Source of the DNA: Octopus sinensis | Lineage: Eukaryota | Length of the DNA: 64,000 bases | Assembly: GCF_006345805.1 (NCBI RefSeq) | Contig: NC_043013.1 | Span: forward strand, 44,454,001-44,518,000 | Reading direction: 5' to 3' | Part shown: positions 47,281 to 61,228 of the stretch, piece after piece | Numbering within the stretch: position 1 is the first letter of the stretch | Layout of the letters: each line of letters starts with the position of its first letter | Translations under genes and position numbers: made by a program | The notes under the pieces: generated by a model | Databases searched by the model: none | Seen by the model: the letters and a program-made list of their open reading frames with translations, nothing else | What the model was told of the DNA's origin: nothing

Positions 47281-48689
47281 CAAATTTGTTCATTTTTTTT
47301 TTAGCATGTACCCCTTCCAGCATTAATAGAATTAACACAAAAAATATTTTCATCATAGTATTTTCTTCCGCAACAACTTTTGTTTATCATTTTCGAAATT
47401 TGAATAAATTTCACATCTGTATGATGATGGGCAATCCAATACAAGATCAGAAGAGTTTTATCTTCTGCAAGAAAAAATTACAAATGAGCCATTGATATTT
47501 TCATCTCTATGAACAAGTTTTTTTTTTGTTATTTCCTACGAGGTTTCAGTTGGTTGTTGTCCAAGAGGAGAGAGGGTAACGCAAAAGACTGCTTCCTAAA
47601 TATAAGTGAATGTTTTTTTTGTGTTTTGGAAACATACCATTGTTTATCTACACACAAACAATTGTGAGATGTTGCAATCGATTGAAGATCATTATAAATA
47701 GAACAAAATAACCTCAACTGCTTGTTGGGTGGTAATAATATAAATATACACGAAAAGCTGTAGAAATACAAAATCTCTGAGAGATGTTTTACCACCAAAT
47801 AATTATCCCATTCCAAACAAGTAAAAAAAAAAAGAAATAAATCAATAAGCAAACAATTAAACAAACAAATAAAGAAAAATAAGGGCGCTCGTAGAACTTC
47901 TAAAGGGCAATGTCGATATTTTGGAGAGCAATGTTGATATTTTGGAGGGAAATATTCTGATTGGCTGAATGGTAAGCATATAAATTGGTTAATGTGATAA
48001 TTAGATTAATTGTATTTTTGAATCATTCATTAACAATTTATCAGCTACACCAAGCTATATGAAGAGTCAATACATGGGTATACAAGCTTCATTTTTGGTG
48101 TTGTTTTAACACAGCACATGGTGCACGCGCGCGCACACACACGCATGCACACACCCACGTGTTAAACTCAGAACACAAAGAGCTGGAAGAAATACCACTA
48201 AGCATTTTGTCTGATGTACAAAAGATTCTGCCAGCTTGTTGCCTTTGAACTAGCAATGACAATTCTTTCTACTATAGGCACAAGGCCTGACATTTTTGAG
48301 GAAGGGGCAGGTTGATTACATCAACTCCCGTGCTCAACTGGTACTCATATTTCATCAACCATGAAAAGATGAAAGGCAAAGTCGACCTCGGCAGAATTTG
48401 AACTCAGAACATAAAGGTGGATGAAATGCAACTAAGCATTTTGTCCGGCATGCTAACAATTCTGTCAGCTCAATGTCTTTGAACTAGTAATAATAATGAT
48501 GGATTATGATTGCCCATTGATAAAAGATATAACTGATTAGATCAATCTCAATACAAGACTGGTTCTTAATATTGATAGATGTCATGTGATTTTATAAATA
48601 TTACAATATTTTCTAACATGGGCACAGGGCCATAAATTTGTGAGGAGAGTATATTTGAATTGTTGATTCTAATTAACTCCTGTGGCTTG

Positions 48690-48945
48690 AAAAAAGCACC
48701 ATCTGAGTGTGGTCGATGCCAGTACCATCTGACTGGCCTCCATGCTGGTGGCACGTAAAAAGCACCCACTGCACTCTCGGAGTGGTTGGCATTGGGAAGG
48801 GCATCTAGTTGTACAAACCTTGCTAGATCAGATTGGAACCTGGTGCAGCCTTGTGGCCTGCCAGTCCTCAGTCAAACTGTCCAACCAATGCCAGCATGGA
48901 AAGCAGACATTAAATAATGATGATGATGATGATGATAATAATAAC
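48690..48945 (+). mobile_element. RTE 3'-end repeat, decayed
   Basis: Homologous to 45121-45675; (GAT)n tail. Confidence 0.7.
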
Positions 48946-51741
48946 CCTAAGCATTTTAATGTATGCATCATCTATGCACCATCTATTCTATCAGTCCTGT
49001 AAAAGGATTAAAACCAAAATCAACTTTAGCATGATTTTCAAATTGAAAACCTAATTGAGCACAAGTAAATATTGGCAGTCTAAAATAATAAATCATGTTT
49101 GTCCATAGTAATGATCTATTACTGAAATTCTTTTGGACTAGCTCAAAAATCATTCTACCACCATGCTTATTTCAATTAAAAGCTAACATGATAAGTCTGT
49201 GGACAGTAATCCTACAGAGAATATGCTAAAGATAAATAAATATTAAAAAAAAGGAATAATAAAGTAAAAATCAAAAAGGTAAAAAGAAACATATCCATAT
49301 AATGATTTTCACTGTAGGTAGGACTTCAATCACTAGAATTTGTAACTGCTGGAGGGAAAATTAACAACTGATTCTATTAAGTAAGCAGTAAGTGGGGCAG
49401 TAATTTTATGTGTTTTTCTTAGCTGCTTGGAAGAAGAGACTGAAGCAATTATTGCTTGTGTAAATGTAAGTTGTTGCTTAGTTCCAGCTCAGTTTTGACT
49501 GACCAAAACTATGCTCAAAGGTATTCTGGTCAGACTATGTCATATAATGTGTGGGACTATGTTAAATAATGTGTCTTTTTCTTATTTAAGACAAAAGGGT
49601 GTGATTTAAGAGAGATTTGGTTGCTGTTTCTTGCAGGTTGTGTGACCACATAAAGACTCTGTTATTGACTTGTAAAATCAATGTTTTGAACAAGAGTGAG
49701 AGAGAGAGAGAGAGAGAGATGTGGGTGTGGTGACCTGAAAGGAATTAATTTTAAAGTGGGGTGGAGGAGAATACAAAATATTTAATTTGTTCTCACACTC
49801 TCAATAATATTTACAAGCATCAAATAACACTCGTCTCTCTCTCTCTCCCTCTATCTCTCTCTCTCACACACACACACACATACACACAGAGCAAAGGTGG
49901 TTGATCATGTCCAGGTAAGATTGTATGTTGATTGCCATTGGTTTCAAAGCTGAACATTCAGCAGTTCAATGAGCTAAATTTCCTGCTCACTTAAATTAGC
50001 ACGTAAGTGGTTGAGCAATCCACAGATTGCCCAGCCAGCTTGTGACAAGGCCATACCTTTGAATTACAAGAACGATCCATCTGACAAGTTTCTTTACAGT
50101 TTCTGTCAACATGATTTCAATCACAAAGTATAGGATGACTTGAAGCCTACAAATATTTCTATAGGAAATTAGATTAACCAATATTCTATAGAAATTCAAT
50201 TAGCCACGACGATTGTCACTTCCAACTCAGAATACTTTCAAATTCTAGCAGACCTCCACCGTTAAAAAAAATATTTTTATTCAGACATGTTTACACTGAA
50301 ACTGCATTGGTACAGATATAAAGACTGTACGACAAAAAGGGGGCAGAAATATTAGAACTGGGGTGGCGGGGATTTTAGTTCCCTTACACATATTTTTTAA
50401 TACCTGCAGCAGTGCTGTGTTTGAATGCTTTTATTGTACGTGACCCCTAACTGAAGATAATAGGGATTTTTTTTTCATCGTTTCAGCCAGAGAAATGCCA
50501 TGACTTCAAATGTTACCCCACCTGCCTTTACAACTAGCGAGATCAAACTAACTTATGTACAGTGAGAACAAGTGCAAAGTTGATGCGTGCAGGGAAAAGC
50601 ATAAACAAGAAGAGAATTCCAGCAGGTTGGCATGCCGAGGAAGAAAGATTAGATACAGTGGCTTGGAAGAGGGGGTGGGTGTGGATGAAGCATAGGAGTG
50701 ATGTGAGGATAAGTAATAAGCATGTTGTGTGTTATACAACAAGCAAGATAAAAAATGAGGACATTTTAGTAGTAATGAAATTTGTAGAAATAAGAGACAT
50801 TACCTGTAGACAAGAGAATGTGGTGTGTTAGTGGGTTTTTACCAATTAGTCAGATGGTTTTCGTTTTGGATTCAGTCTCAAGTCATCGTTATTTTAACGG
50901 GTTGGATGGAATTGATAGGGATATGTTTTCTGTGGTTGGATGCTCTACATGTTGCTAGGCAAAATAATATTTCCCTATGGTTGGACATGGTTTTGCAGGA
51001 CACAGGAAATAAATGACATTGCTTGTATTGCAGCGACATCCATTTACAACTATTACTATGTCAAAACAAGGAGACACAAACATACATACGCATAGACATA
51101 CATATAAACAAATATATATAAATTCCTTACATGTCTCTCTAACATGTAAAACTTTGTAATTCCTATTAGCAAATGAAACATGTGTAATGGTGAATAAATA
51201 ATACAAATATGTATATATATATGTGTGTGTGTGTGTGTGTATATATATGTATATATATGTGTGTGTGTGTGTGTATTGGAAGGTTTGGAGATGACGTACA
51301 GGTATTTTATATTAGAAGAAATGAGATACTCAGAAATTCAGGTGGTTTTATATTTACAGATATTTATTTGTATATTACATGTTTTTATACATCATATAAC
51401 TTAGATCATGTATTAGCGCTTTCTCCCATTCTAGTGGGGCTTTCAAATCGAACTAAGTTCCTGTGTGAAACGTTTTGACCATTTTATAGTGTTATTGAGT
51501 TTGTAGTGGTGGGGAGGGATATAAGACAGTACAAGAGGGTGATGGATGAGGAGAAAATGAGAGAGAGAGAGAGAGAGCATGTGTGTGTGTGCGTGCGTGT
51601 GTTTTTGTATTTGGAAGGAGTGCTAAAGAAAAAGAGGGGAAGGGAGAGGGAAGAAGAAGAAAAATTTTTTTTTGCTCTGCTGGACAGGATGATTACTCCA
51701 AGGGGGGTCTAAGATCTTGGAAAAAAGAATTTCAGTTTTGA

Positions 51742-51784
<43 letters not shown>

Positions 51785-52980
51785 CTTCATATAATTTTCA
51801 TCAACCAAATCTACTTGCAAAGGCTTTTGATGGCTCAGGGCTATAGCAGAAAATACTTGATCAAGTTGCCACACGGGTGGGTGAGGAGGGGGTTTTGGCC
51901 ATGGAACCACACAGTCACTCCTTGCACCTATTAGCACATAAGAATATCAACAGTAGTGACATAGAAGTGGTATTCCTTTGTGGGTTTCACAGGAGCTTTT
52001 GCAGAGGTCAGAAACACACCAGTGCTTAAGTATTTCCTGGTCCTGAAGAGGAAGGCTAGTCTCTGCAATGTAGTTTAGCTATTGTATGACATGGGAGTTA
52101 CCAGTGGAATGAAATTTACTTTATTTATTGGTAGGAGGAATGTGGCATAATTAAATTGAAGAATCCAGTTTCAAATGACAGCAACAACAACACTAAGTGT
52201 AAATGACAAATTAGAAATCCTGTCTCCTAAACCCTTTAAATAAACTTTGTTTACAAAACACGTTTGTATTCACTAATCCAAACAAACTTTCGCCTTCCAG
52301 TAAATATAAAACAAAAGAGAAAGCAACTAAGTCAATAAATAAATTATCGAAAGCCAACTATTTTTAGAATCCTTGCTGACATATGTAGTTTCCACAAAGA
52401 AACAAACAGAAATGCACACACAGGAACACAAAGATATAGAATCTATTTCTGTATGTAATACAAAACAAATACTACCGAGATATCAATATTAAACAAAAAT
52501 GCAAAAAAAAAACAAAAAAACAATAATGATTAGATAGAGCCATTAGAGGTGGGTGTCTGCGTAGGTGGATGTGATTCAGAAGCAGCCTTTACACTTCGTT
52601 AAATACAACTGTACAGATCATATTAACGAGCTTAATATTGATTTATGACGTATGTACAAGGCCTCTAATTCGGGAGTATAATGGCAATGCTGAATAAATT
52701 GACCCTGGCATTTTATTTTATTAGCCTCAGTAGAATTTGACCACAAATGTTAAAACCCATAACTATATACTGCAAAGCAGTTTCTTTGCAATACACCAAT
52801 TCTGCCACATCCTTAGTATTACCAATATTTCAAGCCACAAATTAAGGTGGTAAGCCGGCAGAATCATAAGCACACTGGGCAAAATGCTAAGTGGCATTTC
52901 GTCCATCTTTACATTCCAAATTCAAATTCTGTTGAGGTTGGCTTTACCTTTCATCCTTTCAAAGTTGGTAAAATAAGTAC

Positions 52981-53212
52981 CTATTTCTTTACTACCCACA
53001 AGGGGCTAAACATAGAGGGGACAAACAAGGACAGACAAACGGATTAAGTCGATTATATCGACTCCAGTGCGTAACTGGTACATACTTAATCGACCCTGAA
53101 AGGATGAAAGGCAATGTCAACCTCGGTGGAATTTGAACTCAGAACGTAGCGGCAGACGAAATACGGCTACGCATTTCGCCCGGCATGCTAACGTTTCCGC
53201 CAGCTCACCACC
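52981..53212 (-). mobile_element. Young family B SINE inserted in reverse into an older plus-strand family B SINE (~52846-53310)
   Basis: The host copy resumes after the insert; TAAGTACC occurs at both junctions. Confidence 0.8.
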
Positions 53213-53691
53213 TTTGGTAAGTACCAGTTAAGTGTTAGGATCAATGTAATTGATTTACCCCTTCCCTTGAAGTTGCTGGCCTTGAGCCAAAATTTAATAC
53301 CAATATTTCAAGCCACAATGGAACACAATTTCATGGAACATGTTTTATTCTTTTTATTGGTTTCAATTATTGGACTGCAATCACGCTGAGGAAAAAACAA
53401 AAAGTTTAATCAATCACAGTGACTTCCCTCCCGCCATCCCACAGTACTTTCTCCAATAACTACATTAACTTGAGAAGAGGAAACACAAAGGTGACCCAAG
53501 CAGAATTTAAATTCAGAATATAAAGGGTTCTAACTGTCATGAAGTATCCTGTACAACACTCTGCTGATTCTACCACACACCCATTCATATGAGTGTGTGT
53601 GTGTGTGTGTGTGTAATGTGGGCTTTTGTAGTTCCCATAATTTTACTTAAAGGTTTTGACCAACCCAAGGTTAAAGTGGAAGAAACTTGAA

Positions 53692-54017
53692 CATGGTTCC
53701 AGGTTCAGTCCCACTGCGTGGCACCTTGGCCAAGTGTCTTCTACTATAGCCTCGGGCCGACCAAAGCCTTGTGAGTGGATTTGGTAGACGGAAACTGAAA
53801 GAAGCCCATCGTATATATGTATATATATATATAAATATGCGTGTGTGTGTTTGTCCCCCTAGCATTGCTTGACAACCGATGCTGGTGTGTCTATGTTCCC
53901 GTTACTTAGCGGTTCGGCAAAAGAGACCGATAGAATAAGTCCCGGGGTCGAGTTGCTCGATTAAAGGCAGTGCTCCAGCATGGCCGCAGTCAAATGACTG
54001 AAACGAGTAAAAGAGTA
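53692..54017 (+). mobile_element. SINE family A, 5'-truncated
   Basis: High identity to 31079-31443. Confidence 0.85.
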
Positions 54018-54406
54018 AGGTTCTGTGTTGTAGGACCAAACCCAGAATACCACAACTGCAAGGCAAACTTCTTAATCGTATGAACATACAATTGATAGAG
54101 AAATCTCCCTTAAATCACAACAAAGCATCTTCAACAAAGGATATATAGAATGGTGTAGCCCCAGGGAACCTTAAACAGAACGGGTAGTTATGACTAGGCA
54201 TTCATGGTAGGTCTGCTCAATCAGAACGGACTAAAGGGCTTCAAAATAAAACAAGAACAACTACATTTATCACAAGACAAACAACCATCTTAATGATTAC
54301 AATGAGAAAGCTCTTATCTAATCAACTGCCCTACTAGAAAGAGCAGCCGAATTGCCTTCTATTTCCACATTATTGCTTTAAAAAATGTGCACAGTAAACA
54401 GTGTGG

Positions 54407-54811
54407 GGATCTTTTCGGTTTGAACGGCAGTTTTTAACATAATTTCTAGGTAACTAAATATTTTAAACTTCGTATACTGGTAGAATGTGTTTATAAAACA
54501 TGTTTTTCTCTTGGCTTTATTGAGAAAATTCTATAGTTTGTAAGATATTTGTTGTTGTTTTTCTTCAATTTCTGCAATTTCAACCAATCAATGACGTCTA
54601 TTGAGGTGAAAACATTCTGTGCCGTGTGAATATGTCCCTCGTTTAAGAAACAGATTGGGTTTATTTACATTTGTGAAGAAAAAAGATACCCTTCCCCCAC
54701 TCCTAACCCTAAAACAGATTGAAATGCAATAGATCGATACTAGGGTCATAATTATGGGTGACAATTTCATGACACCGCTAGAAAAAATTGCCGTTCAAAC
54801 CGAAAAGATCC
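54407..54811. mobile_element. 405-bp non-autonomous DNA transposon (MITE) with 28-bp TIRs and 8-bp TSD (hAT/P-like)
   Basis: TIR GGATCTTTTCGGTTTGAACGGCA(G/A)TTTT; TSD CAGTGTGG at 54399-54406 and 54812-54819. Confidence 0.92.
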
Positions 54812-56199
54812 CAGTGTGGTCCTTGATACACTATCTAGAAGAAAAATGGAAGGGAATGTTTTTGATTTGCTCAGTCAGATTGGCCAGGAATAGTTGTTAT
54901 AAATAGGTACTGTGATAGAGTAAACATCCTATCCAGGTGAGAATTTACTTCCAACTGCTCAACACCACTTGATGATTTTTGGTATAAGGTACATTTTATT
55001 TCTGACAAGCATAATATTGAAGCCGTAGAAGATTTTGGTACGAATTGGTTCTACCTGCAAGGAAGACATCACAAGTAGACTATTGTCACAACGAAGGTTG
55101 TAAGTTATTCCTTGCAAGAAAGAGTACTTCATTGCGTAGCATATCTAATGATAGTCAAAGAGTGATAGATGCAGTGAAATAGTTGAACTGAACACTAGTG
55201 CTCCGTCTAATATATATTTGCCGAGAGTATGCGCAAAAATCTGCTTGTAGTTGGCTTAGCCGAGCAAACCTATGATCAAAAGCAATCCGGTCATGTTGCT
55301 TCTATCTTTCTTTGAAAAGTACATAGACATCCAGGCGAGGAACAATCACTCTGATACCACAGAGAGATGGAGAGAAAGAGGAAGGAGAGAGAGGAAAGAG
55401 GGGGAAAGAGAGAAAGAGAACCTGTAGATGGATGTATGTATAATCGCGTTCACCTCCCTATCAAGCTTATAAATCTGAAAGCTTGTGTCTATGTAACGGC
55501 CTCTTACATGGTATATAGTCAACAATATTCTCTCAAAGCTGTGTACGTGAACACATCTTACCATTAAACGCATAAAAGCAAAAAAATATGCACACAAAAG
55601 GTTTTCAAGATGAAATTGAAATTTTCGATGAAATTAATCGTTTAATTTCATAAAATCTTAAATAACACACTTAAAAATTGTGTGCATCAGCTAAGTTGAT
55701 TATAAAAGGTTGTTTTTTTTTAATATATACAAATATCTGTACCTTTAATACCTTTAATTTGAAATCCACCCCTTTATTCATTTGAAAGTTATCCTAGTTT
55801 GATACCTAAATTTTAAAGAGTTCTTCGGTTTGAGCCAAAGAAATTGTGGTCGGTCAAGGCATACCTGAGGTTAAATAACAACGATGAGTCACAGGTTGTT
55901 GATCACAGCCTAGCAGAAATAGCAGCCAAATCTCCATAAAATCATAGCCATGAATAGTCTTAGATACTGTATGGTTGAAAAAAAATAAGATAGTCATATT
56001 TGTGATGTCTTTTAATCATAGATTTACTAGATCTTATAATATTAACTCATTAACTAAACAGTAACAAACCGTTGTAACTACCAACAAGCCTATTAGCAAT
56101 AACACCCTCACTACAACCAACCAGTGCTACTACAGCTAGTAGATATTACCTATAGGAATATAGAATATGGGAAGAGAGAGGGAGAACTGTGTGAGGTGG

Positions 56200-56780
56200 A
56201 TGTCGGAGATTCAATGAAAGCGAGAGAGAGAGAGAGCGCACACGTGTATGTGTGAGTGTGTAAAAAAGTTGTGTAATGCAATCAATCGAACAGATCGATC
56301 AATCTGCCATGAATAATAAGACGACGACTACGAAGACAATAATGATGGTAATGAAGTTGTTGAAGAAGCAAACCAAAAATTGATCAACAAAACTGACCCA
56401 ACCATTGAACACACACACACACATTCCCGCGCACAAGATCGAACACACACACTCGCGCGCAGTTTTAATCTCGGTCGCATTATTGTTAATATTATTATTA
56501 TTATTTTCTAGAATACACGGAAAGGGAAAATAGCGGGAGTTGCCACCCATATACATACACATAGCACTACATTCCACAATTCGATGTAGCGTTTAGCTCA
56601 CATCAAGTTAAGACCTGAGTAAAAAGAGGAGAATGTGTCTGTCTGCAGCTTAATTGAGTTTGACTGCCAGTTTAACGGCTTGTCTGGGTTACAAGAGAAC
56701 AAAAGCGAAGAAAAACCAACAAACCTTTCACATTCATCGACTGTCAAAATCGATAACAATATGAACTGTTTCACAAACTG
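56200..56780. promoter_or_regulatory. CpG-enriched, apparently non-repeat segment; candidate promoter or 5' region
   Basis: Dense CG dinucleotides (CGCGCGC, CCCGCGC, TCGAT) against a CpG-poor background; AATCGATA at 56748-56755. Function is inferred only. Confidence 0.35.
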
Positions 56781-58106
56781 AAAAATCTATTCCGCCTGGC
56801 CTCCAAACCACCTTCTTCTCTTTCTACATATATGCATCATTCAAATATTCACACGTTTTCTTCTCTAACACCAGATAATGTTCAAGTAAATATATTGCCC
56901 TAGTAATTTTTTTTCAGCCAGGTGTGTGTAAGTTGTAGTAGTTGTTGAGAGCAGGTAAGCCCTGATTTAGTAGACCTATGGTTAAAGGGATTCCAGCCAT
57001 GAATATCATCACTTTTAAGGAATATGGAAGACCACATAATCCAGTGTACCCTTTCTTTCCGAAACCAGCAGAGTGAGATTTGATGGTGATTTGGCTGCTA
57101 TTTCTAGCAGGTCGCTCGACTACATACAGGTTAGTGTTAGTAGTAATAGCAACCCAGGTCAATCCGATCGATTTGACTTCTGATCAAGGACGAAGCTGGC
57201 TTTGCATCTGGTTTTCAGGTTCAGTCCCACTGCGCATTACTTCGGGTAAGTGTCTTCTACTAAAGCTCTCTCAGCCAACGATTGTCTTGAGAGTGAAATT
57301 AGTAGACGGAATCTGTACAAGTCCATTGTGTGTGTGTGTGTGTGTGTGTGTCCGCACCGCTTAACAACCGGTGTTAATTTGTTTACATCCTCGTAACTTA
57401 ACAGTTCGGCAAAAAAAAAACCCCCGATAGACTAAGTACCGGGGTAGTTGCCCGAAATGCTACACAATGGGGGTGAACCCTTCGAGGCGGTATCACATCA
57501 TGGCAACAATCTTGTGAGTGAAATAAGTGAAAGATGAAAGGATAACACCCAACGTGAGTGATAGCCCGTGAGTCAAGGTACATTTGGTTACCATTTCTAA
57601 CACGTTGAACTGTTCCTCATATAGGGTACCTCACTGACTCAACGTGTGAGTTGATAGAGCACATACAAGTTCTATGATATAAAAGTGAGAAAGAGCCACA
57701 TACACATTTTGTGTGTCCCAGTTTAAGGAATCTAATAATAAGCACACTGCACCCCTGCAGTGTAAGAAGTAAGAGGGTTGGTGACATGAAGCACATCCAG
57801 TCGTAAAACCCTGCTTTACGTCTGCTTTTCCAATGCTGGCATGGGTGGGATGGATTTTCTGAAGTAATTTTACACACACGTTAGTAGTAACGAATGGAAG
57901 AAAAAAGTACTTAGTAATGAAGATTAACTGTTAATAACCAGTCTATATCAATACCTAAGCGCTCATAGGATATAACACATGCCTCAGTTGTTCAGCTTGT
58001 GAGCTCTACTAATTATGCTTGTGATTGTTAACTGTCAAGTGCAGTTCGCATTTGTTGAGGCAGGACTAGTTTTCTTATATTTTTTAATAACAATTTGTTA
58101 TAAGTC

Positions 58107-58432
58107 TGTAGAATTTCTTCCTCTTTGTTTTAAAAAATGTAGATGTAAGGAAACAAGAAAACCATCCAAACAATATATATAACTCTTTATTCGGGTATAT
58201 GTAAAATGTAAATTTGGTCAGTCAGCAACCACACAGCAAATCTGGAGTTAATCAAAACAACGTCTACAGTGTTCAATGGCTGCGTCCCGAGTCTCCAACA
58301 CAAGCAAGGAACGCGACAGAACTTTTTCCATCAGTCTTTTAGCGCATGTGCATGAGGGAACCTTCGCAGACCTTCTAGAAGATTCCAACCCTGCACACGT
58401 GCACTGAAGACTGTCAAGATGACGTTACTACA
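58107..58432 (-). mobile_element. Candidate solo LTR (326 bp)
   Basis: TGTAG...CTACA termini, 4-bp TSD AGTC (58103-58106 / 58433-58436), AATAAA on the minus strand at 58186-58191. Confidence 0.7.
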
Positions 58433-58559
58433 AGTCCATTACTTTCATATATGGCTTTTTTGTTTTGCTTTCTTTCATGAAAAAGTTAACGGAAAGAGTC
58501 TAGGTAATCTTTTAATTCATTCTAAAAACTATTGGTTTTAATATTGAACTTCACATCTA

Positions 58560-58985
58560 AGGGGGTGAGCTGGTAGAATTGTTAGCATGCTGGGCAAAAT
58601 GGTTAGTGGCATTTCATCTGTCTTTACGTTCTGAGTTCAAATTCCACCAAGGTTGACTATATCTTTCATCCTTTCGAGGTCAATAAAATAAGCACCAATT
58701 GAGCACTGAAAACCAATGCAATCCATTTATCCCCTCCCAAACTTTCTGGACTTGTGAACAAAATTTGAAATCAATATTAAAACTTCACATCTAAGGTGGC
58801 AAGCCGGCAGAATCATTAGCATGGTGGGCAAAATGCTTAGCAGCTTTTCATCTGCCTTTACATTGTGAGTTCAAATTCCACCAAGGTTGACTTTGGGGGC
58901 CAATAAATTAAGTACCAGTTGGACACTGGGATCAATGTAATCAACTTAGCCCCAACCCCCAAATTGCTGGTCTTGTGACAAAATT
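58560..58985 (+). mobile_element. Two tandem older family B SINEs
   Basis: Both followed by AAATTTGAAAT..ATATTAAA(A)CTTCACAT, suggesting a local tandem duplication. Confidence 0.75.
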
Positions 58986-60187
58986 TGAAATTAGTATTAA
59001 ACTTCACATTTTTATGTAAGTTTAATAAATTCCACCTTAAATCGTTGTCTTTAATTAGGGAGGGTACTTCTATTTGACTTGGAACCAAATTTGTTCTCTT
59101 TGTGCATTAGATACACCTTTGTTGAAGAACAATTTCCTCTTTAGAACTCATGGTCTGAACTCTCAGGACAACACACACACATTTATTGTTAGCTGCATTA
59201 ATATTTTAATGTCTACTTTCCAATGCTTGCATAGGTCTAATGAGAGTAGATTGGGGAAGAGTATTCTAAAGCTGGATGCCCTTCCTGTCACCAACCCTCA
59301 CTTGGAAACAAGTGAAGTAACAATCTCCCTGTCAATTAAACAACAAACAACCCAAGCGCTGTATGAAACAGTCCTTTGTTTACAAAGACTGCACAACGTT
59401 TTGAAGTCATGTCAAAAAGCCAAGACATGCTTTCACAATGGACTGCATGCAAGTAAACAACACCATTCATGAAGCCACTGTCCACAATCAACAAGGGAAC
59501 ACAAACATAAATGCAAATGTAAACACACACACACACATGACAAGCCTCTTTCAGTTTCTGTCTACCAAATCCACTCACAAAGTCTCTGGTTGACCTGGGG
59601 CTGAAGACACTTGCCCAAAATGCCACATTAGTGGGAGTGAACCTGAAATCACATTGTTGGGAAATGAACGTCTTAAACCACACAGCCAAACTGAATTGAT
59701 GATAAGGGAAAGAGAGAAAAAATATAAACAAAAACTCAGGGAAGTGGCAGGAAAATGTTAATGGTTTCTAATAACACCATCAATAATGAAATGAAATATT
59801 CAAATAAAATAATGAAAAAAACACAAAATACAACAATAAAAGTAAAAACCCACACCAAAAGATAAAAAAAACAAAACAACCTAAATTAAATGAATATATG
59901 TATCAGAAAATTTGCATCAAAATAGCACAGGATAGGTGCAAATGTGAATTGATAAAATGCTTCAACATACCATTAAATCTAATCATTCACATTTATTAGC
60001 CTTAATGAATTATTAACTTGGGTTATTTCTGCTAGCGAAAATTTCATCAACCAAAAAGCAAGTTCCATAGATTTATGACATAAGAAGGATCGGTTTGTGG
60101 TGAGGTGAACATACCAATTTAAATTTTTATCTTTTACTTGTTTCAGTTATTAGACTTTGGCCATGCCGGGGTACCGACTCGAAGGTT

Positions 60188-60448
60188 CAGTGGTTCTCAA
60201 CTGAGGGGGGGTGGGGCATGCAGCCATTGAGGGTTCATATTAGATTTTGCTGTTAAAATGTATGTGCAATAAATTGGTTATATTTCTACAATACGCAAAA
60301 TATTTAACGACTTTATTATATAGTTCCTAATGATAATTAATGGTAAAAATATAATAGGGTTTTTATAACATCAAATGGCTATGAGGGTCCATCTGAGTGA
60401 AATAAGAATCAAAGGGGTCCATAGGCAAAAAATGATTGAGAACCACTG
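60188..60448. mobile_element. 261-bp hAT (Charlie-like) MITE inserted in a family A SINE tail
   Basis: Perfect 13-bp TIR CAGTGGTTCTCAA / TTGAGAACCACTG; no clean TSD retained. Confidence 0.75.
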
Positions 60449-60486
60449 GCTTAGTTGACCAACCCAATCTCTAGTGTTTATTTTTA

Positions 60487-60487
60487 A

Positions 60488-60520
<33 letters not shown>

Positions 60521-60597
60521 CATACACATATACACACACACACACATATATATATATACATACACATATACACACACATATATATACATACACATAT

Positions 60598-60632
<35 letters not shown>

Positions 60633-60641
60633 CATACACAT

Positions 60642-60704
<63 letters not shown>

Positions 60705-60705
60705 A
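60487..60705. repeat. Complex (CA)n/(TA)n microsatellite (expanded internal tract of a family A SINE)
   Basis: Read directly; SINE head follows at ~60705-60862. Confidence 0.9.
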
Positions 60706-61228
60706 AAGGCTTCCACACAGTTTCCATCTCCCAAATTCACTCAAAAGGCATCGGTCAGCCCAGTGCTATAGTAAAAGACACTTGTCCAAGGTGTCAAGGA
60801 GCAGGACTGAACCTGAAATCATGTGGTTGTAAAGCAAGATTCTTAACCACACGGCCATGCTTGCAGAAGATGATTGTTATTTGACAAAGGAAAAGCAGTC
60901 AGAAAAAGAAACACTGACTTTGCTATGTAACATTGTATATGAACACTAAATCCTTTACAATGTGCTCTGTTTCCAACAAGAGCTAATCCAGCTTCCTAAG
61001 TGTTGTTTATAAATGAGAATGTTGAAACCAGGAAGGTATTTGGACTCACATTTATGTCTATATTGCCAATTATATAGGGAGACAAGAGCATGAAAAACTA
61101 AACCAATTGAGGAAAAATGTATCATAATGTTTCGTACAAAGAAGAAAGAAACTGAATATCTCTGTTCTTGACTGAAAGGTAATATTTATATAACTACACT
61201 TAATTAACAATGTCAGAAATATGCTTAA

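Noticed and set aside
54900-55150. Cys/His-containing fragment (RKTSQVDYCHNEGCKLFL) resembling a piggyBac C-terminal domain
   Set aside because: Too short and degenerate to support without an alignment.
56299-56577. 92-aa minus-strand ORF with a hydrophobic C-terminus
   Set aside because: Built from (AAT)n, (TG)n and (TCG/TCA)n low-complexity tracts; no recognisable family.
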